A stretch of 64,000 nucleotides of DNA from Burkholderia sp. (GTDB lineage: Bacteria > Pseudomonadota > Gammaproteobacteria > Burkholderiales > Burkholderiaceae), in assembly GCA_030151225.1 (NCBI GenBank), contig JASLEG010000205.1, forward strand, positions 20,759 through 84,758, given 5' to 3'. Under the pieces are notes generated by a model. That model searched no databases. It was not told the DNA's origin and saw only the letters and a program-made list of their open reading frames with translations. This document shows, in pieces, positions 29,320-39,655 of this stretch. The stretch's first letter is position 1; every line of letters begins with the position of its first letter. Made by a program: the position numbers and the translations under genes.

Positions 29320-29670
29320 ATGAGGTCGGCCAAACTGATTGCTCATTTTCCCGGCGTCAGCCGTCACGCAACCAATCACATTGTCGATGTCGACGAAGAC
29401 GGGGTGTCGGTCCGATATCAGAACCTGTTGGTGCGCCACGCGCTGCCCGAGCAGGCGCGTAACCTCGGCGCCGGGCAAGTGATGGAAAGCGATACGGGCC
29501 TACCGAGCCTGTGGATCTATTCACCGATGCATGATCGTCTGCGCCGCACCCCCGGCGGCTGGAAAATTCACGAACGTTACATTGGCGGCTCGACTACCAA
29601 TCGTGCTTGGACGCCGAAGGATACGGCCGCCGATTCCGTTGCGTCTTATTTGCCGACGCTCGCGGATTGA
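29320..29670 (+). pseudogene. SnoaL-like protein, apparently 5'-truncated
   Basis: VSRHATNHIVD...DRLRRTPGGWKIHER resembles the C-terminal half of a SnoaL_4 fold; no RBS or N-terminal helix. Confidence 0.55.
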
Positions 29671-29695
29671 CCGACTAGCGATAGGCCGCTAGCCT

Positions 29696-30871
29696 CTAGC
29701 GGCTTGGCGCATCCTTGACGAAGGCTTGGATGCGTCGCATGGCGAGAATCAGTTGCTCGCGCGAGGTACAAAGCCCGAATCGCAGGTGGGTGGGGAAGTG
29801 GCCGAAATCGATACCGGGTGCCACCGACACGCCAGCCTCCTCGAGTAGGCGTTGGCAGAACCGGTAGCTGTCGTCGGTGAATCGGCTTGCATTCGCGAAA
29901 ATGAACAATCCGGCGTCAGGTGGATAAGCGATCTCGAAGCCGCTTTCCACAAGCATGGTCAGCATCGTATCGCGCCTTGCTTCAAGCTCGATCCTGCGTT
30001 GCGCTGCGATTTCCTCCACCTCGTCGGTGAAGCAGGCAAGCGCTGCTGCTTGGGAGATGTCGGGTGGGGAGAGGTAAAGGTGCTGCGCCAGCATTTCGCA
30101 CCGATCGACCACACGCTCCGGCACCACGATCCATCCGAGTCGCCAGCCTGTCATCGCGAAATACTTCGAAAAGCTGTTGACGATGAACACGTCGTCGGAA
30201 TGTTCGAGCGCCGAGTGTTCGCGGCTGCCATCGTTCAGCCCGTGATACAGCTCCTCACTGATATACAGACCACCGCGTCTTATCGATAAATCGATCAACG
30301 AACGCGCCGCATCCCACGGTATGACTGTTCCCGTTGGATTGGACGGCGAACCTACCAGAATCCCGCGGGTACGATCCGACCAGACTTGTTCGTATTCGCT
30401 TGCAGTCGCCCACAGGCTGCCGGGATTCGAGGCCTTCACTCCAACGATGTCGCCGTTCACTACGCTTGCGAACACGGGATGCGAGGGATAACCGGGCACC
30501 GCGCTCAACAGCGACTCACCGGCGTCTACGAATCCCGCCATGATCAACATGAGGCCGGCCGACGAACCAGTGGTGACGATGACGCGGCGAGGATTGATCG
30601 AAACGCCGTATTTCTTGCGGTAGAAGTCGGCGATCGCCGCCCGCAGCAACGGTCTGCCGACCGCTTCCGTGTAGCGGCCTGTTCCCGCGTCGATGGCCAG
30701 CTTGGCGGCGGCCAGGACTGGCGCAGGCGTTCCGAAATCAGGCTCGCCGACGTCGAGGCGGATGATGTCGTGGCCCGCCGCGATCAACTCTTTCGCGCGC
30801 GACAACAGATGAAGAGTGCGAAAAGGCTGCAGTTCGGTAGCGCGAGTAGAAAGTCGCAGGGTATCTAGCAT
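29696..30871 (-). CDS. Class I/II PLP-dependent aminotransferase
   Basis: GEPDFGTP, SPSNPTG, NSFSKYFAMTGWRLGW, PGIDFG. Confidence 0.93.
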   Translation of the reverse strand: MLDTLRLSTRATELQPFRTLHLLSRAKELIAAGHDIIRLDVGEPDFGTPAPVLAAAKLAIDAGTGRYTEAVGRPLLRAAIADFYRKKYGVSINPRRVIVTTGSSAGLMLIMAGFVDAGESLLSAVPGYPSHPVFASVVNGDIVGVKASNPGSLWATASEYEQVWSDRTRGILVGSPSNPTGTVIPWDAARSLIDLSIRRGGLYISEELYHGLNDGSREHSALEHSDDVFIVNSFSKYFAMTGWRLGWIVVPERVVDRCEMLAQHLYLSPPDISQAAALACFTDEVEEIAAQRRIELEARRDTMLTMLVESGFEIAYPPDAGLFIFANASRFTDDSYRFCQRLLEEAGVSVAPGIDFGHFPTHLRFGLCTSREQLILAMRRIQAFVKDAPSR

Positions 30872-30966
30872 GTCCGATGAACCGTGTCGTGGTAAGAGGA
30901 GAGAGTGAGGCCGTCACGCGTTTTACCGGATCGACAGATCGGCCATCACGCGCATAGGAACGGGAG

Positions 30967-31746
30967 TTAGGCTGCGTTGAATTCGACGGTACCGAATCCT
31001 TCAATTTCGGCAAAAAAGTGCGAGCGGCCCTCTAACGGCACCATGGGTCCGAGTGCTCCGGTCAAAATGACGTCGCCGGCATTCAACATCTGTCCGTGTG
31101 CGATCAGCGTTTGCACGAGCCACCATGCCGCATTCAATGGACTACCCAAGCATGCGGCGCCGCTTCCCGTCGATACAGTGGTTCCGTTCACTGCGCAGCG
31201 CATTCTGCATGTTGCCAATTCGATTTCGTCGATGCCGCGGGCCGTGCTTCCAAGCACATAGAGGCCGGATGAAGCGTTGTCTGCGATAGTGTCGGCGATG
31301 GTAATTTCCCAGTTTGCAATCGCGCTGTCGACGATCTCGAATGCAGGGATCGCTGCCTCAATGTTTTTGACAAAGCTATCCCGGGTAAGCGTTTCTGGAT
31401 GGATATCTGCACCCAAGATTAGCGCTATCTCGGCCTCTACCTTCGGCTGAATCAGTCGATCAATGGGAAGCGTCTGTCCAGAACGGTATTCCATGTCGGA
31501 AAACAGCGTGCCGAAATCAGGCTGATCGACTCCGAGTTGTTGTTGAACGGCCAACGAGGTCAGGCCGATTTTTGTGCCGACGATGCGCCTTCCTGCCGCG
31601 ACAGCATGGTCGATGTTGATCGCAGCTACTGCGTAGGCCGTATCAACATCGTCAATGCCGTGTGTGCGCGAAACAGGACTGATCGCCGTGCGCGACAACC
31701 GGGCTTTGCGCAGCGCCGACGCCGCGAGTCCGAGGTTGGAAGTCAT
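30967..31746 (-). CDS. 2-keto-4-pentenoate hydratase-like (FAH superfamily)
   Basis: KIGLTSLAVQQQLGVDQPDFG, PKVEAEIA, EIVDS, ADNASSG, ILTGALGPM. Confidence 0.88.
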   Translation of the reverse strand: MTSNLGLAASALRKARLSRTAISPVSRTHGIDDVDTAYAVAAINIDHAVAAGRRIVGTKIGLTSLAVQQQLGVDQPDFGTLFSDMEYRSGQTLPIDRLIQPKVEAEIALILGADIHPETLTRDSFVKNIEAAIPAFEIVDSAIANWEITIADTIADNASSGLYVLGSTARGIDEIELATCRMRCAVNGTTVSTGSGAACLGSPLNAAWWLVQTLIAHGQMLNAGDVILTGALGPMVPLEGRSHFFAEIEGFGTVEFNAA

Positions 31747-31872
31747 CAGTGATATTGCTCGGGGGCGGAGCCTTTCATTTGCGACGACTGAAAGAACTTT
31801 CTCCACCTATGGGGGGAAATGATGGGGTAGCGTATGGCTAATTAAATAAGTCGACAAGGAGGGCCGATTGCT

Positions 31873-31902
31873 GCCCCTGGTATCCATTTGGTTACCAGGG
31901 GC
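31873..31902. promoter_or_regulatory. 30-bp palindrome (operator or hairpin) upstream of the hydratase gene
   Basis: gcccctggta-tccatttggt-taccaggggc, with 10-bp perfect arms. Confidence 0.5.
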
Positions 31903-32011
31903 GTGGTGTCCGAAACTCCCATCGTTTATTTACGTTGTTCCCGCCAAATTGCATCTTCTCCAATAATTCGCTTGCCTTGGAGAAGCAGTAGCGTGGAGCG
32001 CGTCCGAGTCT

Positions 32012-33199
32012 TCAAATTCGTTCGAGCGCCAGTGCGATTCCCTGGCCCCCGCCGATGCACAACGACACAATGCCTCGCCTCTGGTTGTTACGGCGCATTG
32101 CATACATCAGGCGCGTGGCAAGAATTGCGCCGGTCGCGCCGATCGGATGCCCGTGTGCAACGGCGCCGCCTTCCATATTGACGATATCGGCCGGTAGGCC
32201 GAGTGCTTTGATGACAGCAAGCGGGACCGCGGCAAACGCCTCATTGATTTCAAGCGCTTCAATGTCGCCGAGACTCCAGCCGGCACGATCCAAGGCCTGC
32301 CGTATTGCCGGAACTGGCCCCAGTCCGAACAGGCCAGGCTCAACGCCAGCCACTCCCCAGGAAACGAGGCGGGCGAATGGTTCGATACCCTCCCGATCGG
32401 CCAGGCCCCGCTCCACAACCAGCATGGCTGCGGCGCCGCTATTAAGCCCCGGTGCGTTGCCGGCCGTGAGCGTGCCGCCTTCGCGAAATGCCGGACGCAA
32501 AGCCGCGAGTTTGTCGAGCGTCGTCTCGGGACGATTGTGCTCGTCCTGTTCGAAGCGAGTCGTGTGCTTGCCTGAGCGGACCTCGATCGGTTCGATTTCG
32601 GCGACGAAATGGCCGGCACGCTGCGCCGCTGCGAATCGCTGCTGCGACCGCTCGGCCCAGCGGTCCTGGGCTTCACGGGAAATGCCTTCGCGTGAAACAA
32701 GGTCTTCGGTATGCCAGCCGGAGTGCTCGCCGGAAAAAGCGTCGACGAGGCCATCGAGCAACACGCTGTCCAGCATTTGAGCGTTGCCCATCCGATAGCC
32801 ATGGCGCGCCTTCGGAAGTAGATACGGTGCGCGATCCATGTTTTCCATACCGCCGGCTATCGCGGCGTCCGCCAGGCCGAGCATTACTTCCTGCGCGGCG
32901 GAAACGATAGCCTGAGCGCCCGACCCGCAAACGCGATTGACTGTCAATGCCGGCACGTCATGCGAGACGCCCGCACCCATTGCGGCCTGACGGGCCGGAT
33001 TCATACGATTGCCGGCTTGCACCACGTTCCCCATCACGACCGATGAAATTCGTCCCGGCTCGATTTTTGAGCGAGACAAGCTGGCTTCGATGGCATGCGC
33101 GCCGAGGTCTGTTGCCGACACGTCTTTTAAGGTTCCGTTGAACGTGCCGATGGCGGTACGCACTGGCGCGGCTAGAACAACTTCTCGTTCGATTCTCAT
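32012..33199 (-). CDS. Acetyl-CoA C-acyltransferase (thiolase)
   Basis: VNRVCGSG, NEAFA, GHPIGATG, CIGGGQG all intact. Confidence 0.96.
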   Translation of the reverse strand: MRIEREVVLAAPVRTAIGTFNGTLKDVSATDLGAHAIEASLSRSKIEPGRISSVVMGNVVQAGNRMNPARQAAMGAGVSHDVPALTVNRVCGSGAQAIVSAAQEVMLGLADAAIAGGMENMDRAPYLLPKARHGYRMGNAQMLDSVLLDGLVDAFSGEHSGWHTEDLVSREGISREAQDRWAERSQQRFAAAQRAGHFVAEIEPIEVRSGKHTTRFEQDEHNRPETTLDKLAALRPAFREGGTLTAGNAPGLNSGAAAMLVVERGLADREGIEPFARLVSWGVAGVEPGLFGLGPVPAIRQALDRAGWSLGDIEALEINEAFAAVPLAVIKALGLPADIVNMEGGAVAHGHPIGATGAILATRLMYAMRRNNQRRGIVSLCIGGGQGIALALERI

Positions 33200-33258
33200 G
33201 TCTGATGGCTTCCCTGGTCATGAAGGCCGTACGCGTGACACCCCAGCGGGCGACGAAT

Positions 33259-33274
33259 TACTATCATCATAGTA
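33259..33274. promoter_or_regulatory. Probable operator upstream of the thiolase gene
   Basis: Perfect dyad tactat-catc-atagta. Confidence 0.5.
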
Positions 33275-33408
33275 TCGAAAATCGGATGCACGTGCACCCT
33301 CGTTTCGATCATCGGATCGAGCGCGGAGAAGCGCATACGCCCTCGTCACTGCAGAAGCCCGGGTGGTACTGACGACGCGCAGTTACCGTCGACGAAGCAT
33401 GCAGCGAG

Positions 33409-33906
33409 TCAGTCCGAAGAGTGATCCGGAAGATGGCTGAGACGCTTTAGCGTAGCCTCAGATGGGTGGCGACCAGGGATGAAGACATGTTCGTCGGCAT
33501 TGATAGGCTTCCCTGTATGACGATCTATCAGCACTGGATCTACAGCCTTGCCGGTGGATCGATCAACGAAGTCGATTCCCCATTTATGACCTTTTACATG
33601 GCGTCGTCCCCATGCAAATAGGGTGATCAGCACTGGTGAAAGGTCGTGGCCTTTTTTCGTGGCACGGTATTCGTCTCGCCCGGATGCCGGCGAACTGCGG
33701 AATCGTTCCAGGAGACCGGCATTCACCAAGTCCGACAGTCGTCGTGAGAGGACTGTCGGAGAGACATCGAGGCTCTCGCGAAACTGCTCAAAGCGGGTCG
33801 ATCCCTGCAGAGCATCGCGCAAGATCATCAGGCTCCACCATTCGCCGACTTGTTCGAGTGCCAATGCGACAGCACAATCCATATTGGCAAAACTTTTACG
33901 CTTCAT
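33409..33906 (-). CDS. HxlR-family winged-helix regulator
   Basis: MKRKSFANMDCAVALALEQVGEWWSLMILRDA. Confidence 0.93.
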   Translation of the reverse strand: MKRKSFANMDCAVALALEQVGEWWSLMILRDALQGSTRFEQFRESLDVSPTVLSRRLSDLVNAGLLERFRSSPASGRDEYRATKKGHDLSPVLITLFAWGRRHVKGHKWGIDFVDRSTGKAVDPVLIDRHTGKPINADEHVFIPGRHPSEATLKRLSHLPDHSSD

Positions 33907-34158
33907 AATATTTACGGTCGGATCCAGAGGTAGAGCGGCGATGGCCAGATCGCCAGTGAACCTGCCAGAAATGGCTTAGCTCGATTGGGCAGGTAAGTCG
34001 ATCACGGTGAAAATCATATGGCCTATTTGATGGTGGATAGCGTCACGGAGTATGCCTTGTCCGGCGTGTGGTTCGCCAGAGTTGAGCAAGTGGCAGCAGA
34101 CAGGAGGGGCAAAGCGACACAAACTTCGAGATGCCGCTGGGAGCTTTCCGAATTGCCC

Positions 34159-35007
34159 GAGAGCTATCGTTGAAAGTAGTGTATGCGGCGTAGGGATGAA
34201 GCGGGAGAAGGCGGTGGCGCTTGAAGGAGAATGTTGCTTCTCACGGTAACACTTCCTGAATCGAACTCCACCACCATGGCGAAACGTACGCAGGATACGA
34301 GCGGCGGTCAAACAGCAGAAGCCGACATCAAAGGGTACGCCCGGCCTGGACGATCTGATCCAGCAAGGGGCGCGGCGGATCATCCAGCAGGCAATCGAGG
34401 CGGAACTGGCGGCATTGCTCGAACAGTATCCAAATGTGAAGACGATCGATGGCCGGCGCGCGGTCGTGCGCAACGGCTGTCTGCCAGAGCGCGAGACCGG
34501 CTCGGCAGTCGGCCCGGTGCCCGTTCAAGTGCCGAAGGTCCGCGATCGTTCGGGCTGCGGCATCAAGTTCAATTCGACGATCGTGCCGCTCTATGTGCGC
34601 AAGTCGCCGAGCGTGTCATCGTTGCTGCCGTGGCGGTACCTGCGAGGCGTCTCGACCGGCGACATGGGCGACGCACTGCTCGCGTTCCACGACTTCCCGG
34701 CCGAACACTGGCAGCACGTGCGGACCACGAATCCGATTGAATCGACGTTCGCGACGGGGCGCCATCGCACGGGCCGCACGCGCAACTGTCTGTCGCGCGC
34801 GACCTTCCTCGCGATGGCGTTCAAGCTGATCGAAGCGGCCAGAACAGACCTGGAAGAAGATCTGCTGCGTCGACAAGATCGAACCGCTTCTGAAGGGTAC
34901 GCCCTTCAAGCACGGCACTCCGGCGATCGAGAGCACACCGGCCCCCCAAATGCTGGCCGCCTGATCATGCTGCCCGACACGCGTACACCGTCTTGACGAT
35001 TGCTCCC
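34159..35007 (+). mobile_element. Internally deleted IS256-family element with both terminal inverted repeats
   Basis: VVRNGCLPER...VPKVRDR...GVST joined directly to DFPAEHWQHVRTTNPIES; left end gagctatcgttgaaagtagtgtatgcg versus right end (reverse complement) gagcaatcgtcaagacggtgtacgcg. Confidence 0.82.
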
Positions 35008-35146
35008 GGTTGTTCGCAAAACTGCCGTTAGCGAATACGGTCGACGATTACGTTGAGCTCCTTCCGTGGAGCCTGGTTGAAGCCCGACCTGGAGTGTCCC
35101 ACGGTGCCGGACTGCCACGCAGACATGTAAAACTCCAGCTCAGATA

Positions 35147-35713
35147 GTGCAACGGCGAGCGATACCGGTTCGGCCGCAGCGCCGTCATGATGGCAAGGTC
35201 GCGGTGGAACGTGGCAACCAGCGCTGGCGTTCCGACGGCTTCGAGTTTCGCTGCAACCGCGAAGCGATGAGCTGGGCGGCTACGACGGCTGGCCATGGCG
35301 GCGACATCGTGCGCGACGTGATGCTGGCTGCCGTGGAAAACCGGTTCGGGAATGGGCTGCATACCGAGTCCGAGATCGAGTGGCTGAGCGACAACGGCTC
35401 GGGCTATACGGCGGAAGAGACGCGTCAGTTTGCAGCGCCGCTCGGCTTGAAGCCGTTGACCACGCCAGTGTGCAGCCCGCAGAGCACCGGCATGGCGGAA
35501 AGCTTCGTGAAGACCATGAAGCGCGATCACGTCGCTCTCATGCCGAAGCCGGACGCAGCGACCGCGGCAAGGAATCTGGCCATTGCATTCGAGCATTACA
35601 ACCAGAAGCATCCCCACAGCGCGTTGAAGTACCGCTCGCCTCGCGAGTTTCGACGCGCGACGGATTCAACAACCTAATTGGGGGCCGTGTTCGGAGTTAC
35701 GGGGGCGACTCCA
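35147..35713 (+). mobile_element. IS2-like (IS3 family) OrfB 3' remnant with right terminal repeat, second copy
   Basis: HDGKVAV...[46 protein letters not shown]; ends ...gagttacgggggcgactcCA. Confidence 0.88.
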
Positions 35714-38616
35714 GGCTTGCCCGCCCCCAGGATCGAGAACAACTCCCGCACCTCCCGCGCTCCGTTCCCCGCCTTGAACCGCGGCGCGAGCCGCTCGAGC
35801 GCGGCAAACGCCTGCGCCGCGTCCGCCGTTTCCCCCGGCAAGCGATACAGTCCCAGCGTGGCGCGCAGCTCCCACATCGGCGCGCCCTGTGCCCGACCCA
35901 ACGCGGCCGCCTGCGCAAAAAACTCCCGCGCCTCGCTCAAGCCGCGAGCCCGCGCCTCCGCCCCACCCGCCTGCTTCTCGGCACCGGCCTGCGCCGCGAT
36001 CCCCAGCGCGCGCAGCACCTCGGGCATGAAATAGAGCGCGCCGTGCCGCTCGCCCCATTTCCGCGCTTCATCGAGCCGCGCCACCGCGTCATCGATGCGC
36101 CCCAGCGCAACCAGCGCGGCCGCATATTCGATGACGAGCGGCGTGGTGAGCCGCCGAAACCCGCGCGCATGCAGCGTATCGATGGCCTTTTCGAGAATGG
36201 TGGCGGCCTCGTACACGCGCCCCTCGATCCTGGCCACGATGCCGAACAGGCCCTCGCAGAACTCCTGATAGATGGTCAGCCCGTGCAGCGAAGTCTGCGA
36301 CTGCATCAGCGCCAGATAGTGCCGCGCGCGCTTCACGTCGCCCGAGATCAGCGCGAGCGGAATCGCCACCACGCCAAGCACGTGCGTGAACCACGGCTCC
36401 ATCGTCTTCGCCGGAATCAGGTTCAGCGCCTGCCGGGCCGTCTCGGCCGCGTCCTCGGTCCTGCCCTGCAGCCACTGGATCCGCGCCAGCCCCGAATACG
36501 AGGTGGCGCGCGGGTCCACGAGGATGCGGCTGATGTAGTCGGCGTCCTCGAGATGCGCCTCCACGTAATCGACCACCGCTTCGAGCCTGACGCGCGCGGC
36601 CTCGTGCTCGCCGCGCGAATGTTCGGCAATGCCGAGCAACTGGTTGGCGAGCACCGCGTGCCAGGCCTGCCCGTCGTCCTGCGCATGGCGCGCGAAAGCG
36701 CGCGCGTGCCCGATCGCCTCGTCCACCTTGCCGGCGAACAGCGTGACGTTCCACAGCCCGAAGTACGCGCGCACCCGCATCTCGGCATTGTCGGTGCGCC
36801 GCGCGTGGTCGAACACTTCGTGCCACGCATCCTCGGCGCGCTGGATCGGCCCCGCCAGGTACGGCAGCGTGGAGGCCATGCCGAGCAGGAGGCGGATCCG
36901 GTCGATCTCGGGCACGGCATCGGCCGGCAGCGTGGCCAGCACCGCGAGCGCGGCCTTGGCGCGGCGGCCGCATTCCTCGATGTTCGAGGTGTCGAGCAGG
37001 GCCACCACGAGTTTCGCCGTCAGCTCGATGCCGAGCCGCGGATCGCCGTCGGGCGAGAGCGCCCAGTCGGCGGCGCTGCGCGCGTCCTCGAGCGAGGGCG
37101 ACAGGCTGTGCGCCTCGCCGAGGTTCGGGAAATCGGGGAAGCTGGCCTCGTCGCGGAAGAAGGATGCGAGATGGCGCGCGTGCCGCTCGGCGATCGCCTG
37201 CCATTCGCCGCTCGCCTGCAGCTGATCGAAGGCGTAGGCGCGCGTCGATTCGGACAGCCGATAGTGCACGATCGGCCCGTCGAACTCGATGTTGACGAGC
37301 GACTTGGCGGCCAGCTCGCCGATCGCGTCGATCACGGCGCGCACGGTCAGCGCCGCGTCGCACGCGGTCGCGCACATCGCCTCGAGCGAGAAGGCGCTGT
37401 GGAACAGGGCGAGCCGGCGGAACAGCATGGCGCTCTCCGCGTCGAGCATCGCGAAGCTCCAGTCGAAGGTGGCCCGCAGCGTCTGCTGGCGCGGCAGCGC
37501 GGTGCGAAAGCCGCCCGAGAGCAGCGCGAGCCGGTCCGACAGGCGCTGATGCACACCCTCGACGCCGAGCGTCGCCACCCGCGCGGCGGCCAGCTCGATC
37601 GCGTGGGGAATGCCGTCGAGGCGCCGGCAGATCTCGCCGATCAGCGAGATTTCGGCCTCGTGGCTCCGGTTGCGGTGCGTGGCCTGAATCCGCAGCAGGA
37701 ACAGCCGCACGGCCGACTGCTTGAGCACCTCCAGTTCGCTGGCGCCGGGCTCGGGCACCGACAGCGGCTCGACCGGGAACACGCGCTCGGCGCCGATGCG
37801 CAGCGGCTCGCGGCTCGTGATCACGATCTTCAGCGCGGGCAGGAGCCGCATCAGGCGCTCCACCACGTGCGCCAGCACGGTCACGATGTGTTCGGCGTTG
37901 TCGAGCAGCAGCAGCTTCAGTGCGTCGGGCGAATCCGGCGCGTCGAATGTGGCGGCCGGGTCGCCGCCCTGCGCCAGGCGATTGAGGTCCACGCCGAGCT
38001 CGGCCTCCAGCGCATCCACGACCTGGGCCGGCGTCTGCATCGCGGCCAGCTCGACGATGCGCACGCTGCCGGGCGCCTGCTCCTCGATGCGGCGGGCGGC
38101 CACGATCGACAGGGTGGTCTTGCCGATCCCGCCGGGCCCCGTGAGCGTCAGCACCTGGGTGGTGTCGAGCGAGGCGAGGATCGCGCGCACGGCGGCGTCG
38201 CGGCCCACCACGTCGGGGTGATACGGCAGCCGCGAGGCGGCGCCGGGGGCAGCAACCGCCGCCGCCGCGCCCGCAGCCGGCCTGGCGGCCGCGAGCTTCA
38301 CGAGCCGGTAGCCGCGCCCCGGCACCGTCATGATGCAGTTGCGCTCGGCACCGAGCGCCTTGCGCAGCGCGGACAGGTGCACCTGCAGCGTGTTCTCCCC
38401 GACGATCGTGTCGGGCCACACCGCGTCGAGCAGCGCCTCCTTCGTGACGAGCTGGCCGTTCGCGCCGATCAGCGCCTCCAGGATCGCGAACGCGCGCGAG
38501 CCGATGCGGATCGGCGCGCCGTTGCGCCGGATCGCGTGGCCGGCCAGATCGACCTCGACGCCGCCGAGCGCGATCGCGCGGCGCGGGGAAGCGGGGGAGG
38601 AAAGCGGGTTCGACAT
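35674..38616 (-). CDS. wHTH (OmpR/CadC-type) + STAND ATPase + TPR-like regulator 1
   Basis: [21 protein letters not shown]...TVPGRGYRL; Walker A GPGGIGKT; Walker [27 protein letters not shown]; helical C-terminus. An upstream in-frame start at 38697 is possible. Confidence 0.92.
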   Translation of the reverse strand: MSNPLSSPASPRRAIALGGVEVDLAGHAIRRNGAPIRIGSRAFAILEALIGANGQLVTKEALLDAVWPDTIVGENTLQVHLSALRKALGAERNCIMTVPGRGYRLVKLAAARPAAGAAAAVAAPGAASRLPYHPDVVGRDAAVRAILASLDTTQVLTLTGPGGIGKTTLSIVAARRIEEQAPGSVRIVELAAMQTPAQVVDALEAELGVDLNRLAQGGDPAATFDAPDSPDALKLLLLDNAEHIVTVLAHVVERLMRLLPALKIVITSREPLRIGAERVFPVEPLSVPEPGASELEVLKQSAVRLFLLRIQATHRNRSHEAEISLIGEICRRLDGIPHAIELAAARVATLGVEGVHQRLSDRLALLSGGFRTALPRQQTLRATFDWSFAMLDAESAMLFRRLALFHSAFSLEAMCATACDAALTVRAVIDAIGELAAKSLVNIEFDGPIVHYRLSESTRAYAFDQLQASGEWQAIAERHARHLASFFRDEASFPDFPNLGEAHSLSPSLEDARSAADWALSPDGDPRLGIELTAKLVVALLDTSNIEECGRRAKAALAVLATLPADAVPEIDRIRLLLGMASTLPYLAGPIQRAEDAWHEVFDHARRTDNAEMRVRAYFGLWNVTLFAGKVDEAIGHARAFARHAQDDGQAWHAVLANQLLGIAEHSRGEHEAARVRLEAVVDYVEAHLEDADYISRILVDPRATSYSGLARIQWLQGRTEDAAETARQALNLIPAKTMEPWFTHVLGVVAIPLALISGDVKRARHYLALMQSQTSLHGLTIYQEFCEGLFGIVARIEGRVYEAATILEKAIDTLHARGFRRLTTPLVIEYAAALVALGRIDDAVARLDEARKWGERHGALYFMPEVLRALGIAAQAGAEKQAGGAEARARGLSEAREFFAQAAALGRAQGAPMWELRATLGLYRLPGETADAAQAFAALERLAPRFKAGNGAREVRELFSILGAGKPGVAPVTPNTAPN

Positions 38617-38787
38617 GACCGGGAAAGCGATGGCGTCGGCGGCAATCGCCGGGTTCGATTCGAATAGCTTGGTGCTATTGACCGGACTCGATGACAAGGA
38701 AAAGCCATGCCGCGAAACTATACTGCAATCCGGCGTCGCGCGCAGGCGGGGCGGTCACGCGGGGGCATCGCGCCGGCTGCGCGTTCA

Positions 38788-38839
38788 TCAGAAAACTTCA
38801 GGTTTCGCACAGGACTTTTTGACGATCGGCCGGTAGTCT
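38788..38839 (+). promoter_or_regulatory. Triple direct repeat plus -10-like hexamer upstream of the HD/STAND2 genes
   Basis: TCAGAAAACTTCAGGTTTCGCACAGGAC, then TAGTCT at 38834; 21/28 identical to 43186-43213. Confidence 0.65.
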
Positions 38840-38948
38840 GGGCGGGCTCGATCATGGGGTGGCCGGTGACATTTCTGAAGACCGTGAAGACGAAGGCAGC
38901 AACGAACCGGGGCCGCGCGGTCGCGGGCACGACCGGGGAGGGCGCGTG

Positions 38949-39590
38949 ATGGGCCAGGTCGTGGCCGGCATCGCGATGCCCGAGAGCGCGCTGGCGCGCG
39001 ACGCGATGCAGCTGATCCGCTGCGCGCTGTCCGACGTGCTGTTCGGCCACGCGCTGCGCAGCTTCCTGTTCGGCGCGATCGCGGGCCGCCGCCGGGGCGT
39101 GGCGTTCGATGCGGATCTGCTCTGCGTGGCGGCGCTGTTTCAGAATGCGGGCCTCGCGAGGAAGCACATGTTCTCGCCGCGCCGCTTCGAGGTGGACGGC
39201 GCGAACGACGCGCGCGATTTCCTGACCGCCCGGGGTGTGGACGCGCCCGGCTGCGAGCGCGTGTGGACGGCGATCGCGCTGCACACCACGCCCGGCATTC
39301 CCGGGCTGATGGCGCCGGAGATCGCGCTGCTGGCCGCCGGCGCGCAGATGGACATTCGCGGCGAGGGCTTCGACGACTACACGCCGGCCGAGCGCGCCGC
39401 GGTGATCGCGGCCTTCCCGCGGGAAGCGAATTTCAAGGCCGAGCTGCTGAACGCGTACGCGCGCGGCATCGAGCTGCGCCCGCAGACGACCTTCGGCACC
39501 GTGTCCGCCGACGTGCTGGACCGATGGTCGCCGGACTTCATGCGGACCAACTTCTGCGGGCTGGTGTTCGGCTCGAGCTGGGATACCTGA
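38949..39590 (+). CDS. HD-domain protein with degenerate HD motif (QN)
   Basis: GHALRSFLFG, AALFQNAGL, RFEVDGANDAR, VWTAIALHTTPGIP, RPQTTFG. Confidence 0.85.
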   Translation: MGQVVAGIAMPESALARDAMQLIRCALSDVLFGHALRSFLFGAIAGRRRGVAFDADLLCVAALFQNAGLARKHMFSPRRFEVDGANDARDFLTARGVDAPGCERVWTAIALHTTPGIPGLMAPEIALLAAGAQMDIRGEGFDDYTPAERAAVIAAFPREANFKAELLNAYARGIELRPQTTFGTVSADVLDRWSPDFMRTNFCGLVFGSSWDT

Positions 39591-39655
39591 GGGCGGCGAG
39601 CGGTGGCACGCGTGGCGACGCGGATGCCCGTGAACGACGGGCGGGGGAGCAGGAC

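Noticed and set aside
23065..33199. Natural-product biosynthetic cluster in the island
   Set aside because: No scaffold enzyme (NRPS, PKS, RiPP precursor, ligase); the genes sit in separate small units with their own regulators
34010..34095. Possible further IS3 C-terminal scrap (STLANHTPDKAY) on the minus strand
   Set aside because: Too short and degraded to support without a search
22556..35713. Active composite transposon
   Set aside because: Both IS copies lack their left ends and OrfA and carry deletions; no target duplication is identifiable
35380..38667. 1095-aa plus-strand ORF
   Set aside because: Antisense shadow of STAND regulator 1; Arg/Pro-rich with no motifs, as expected at this GC content
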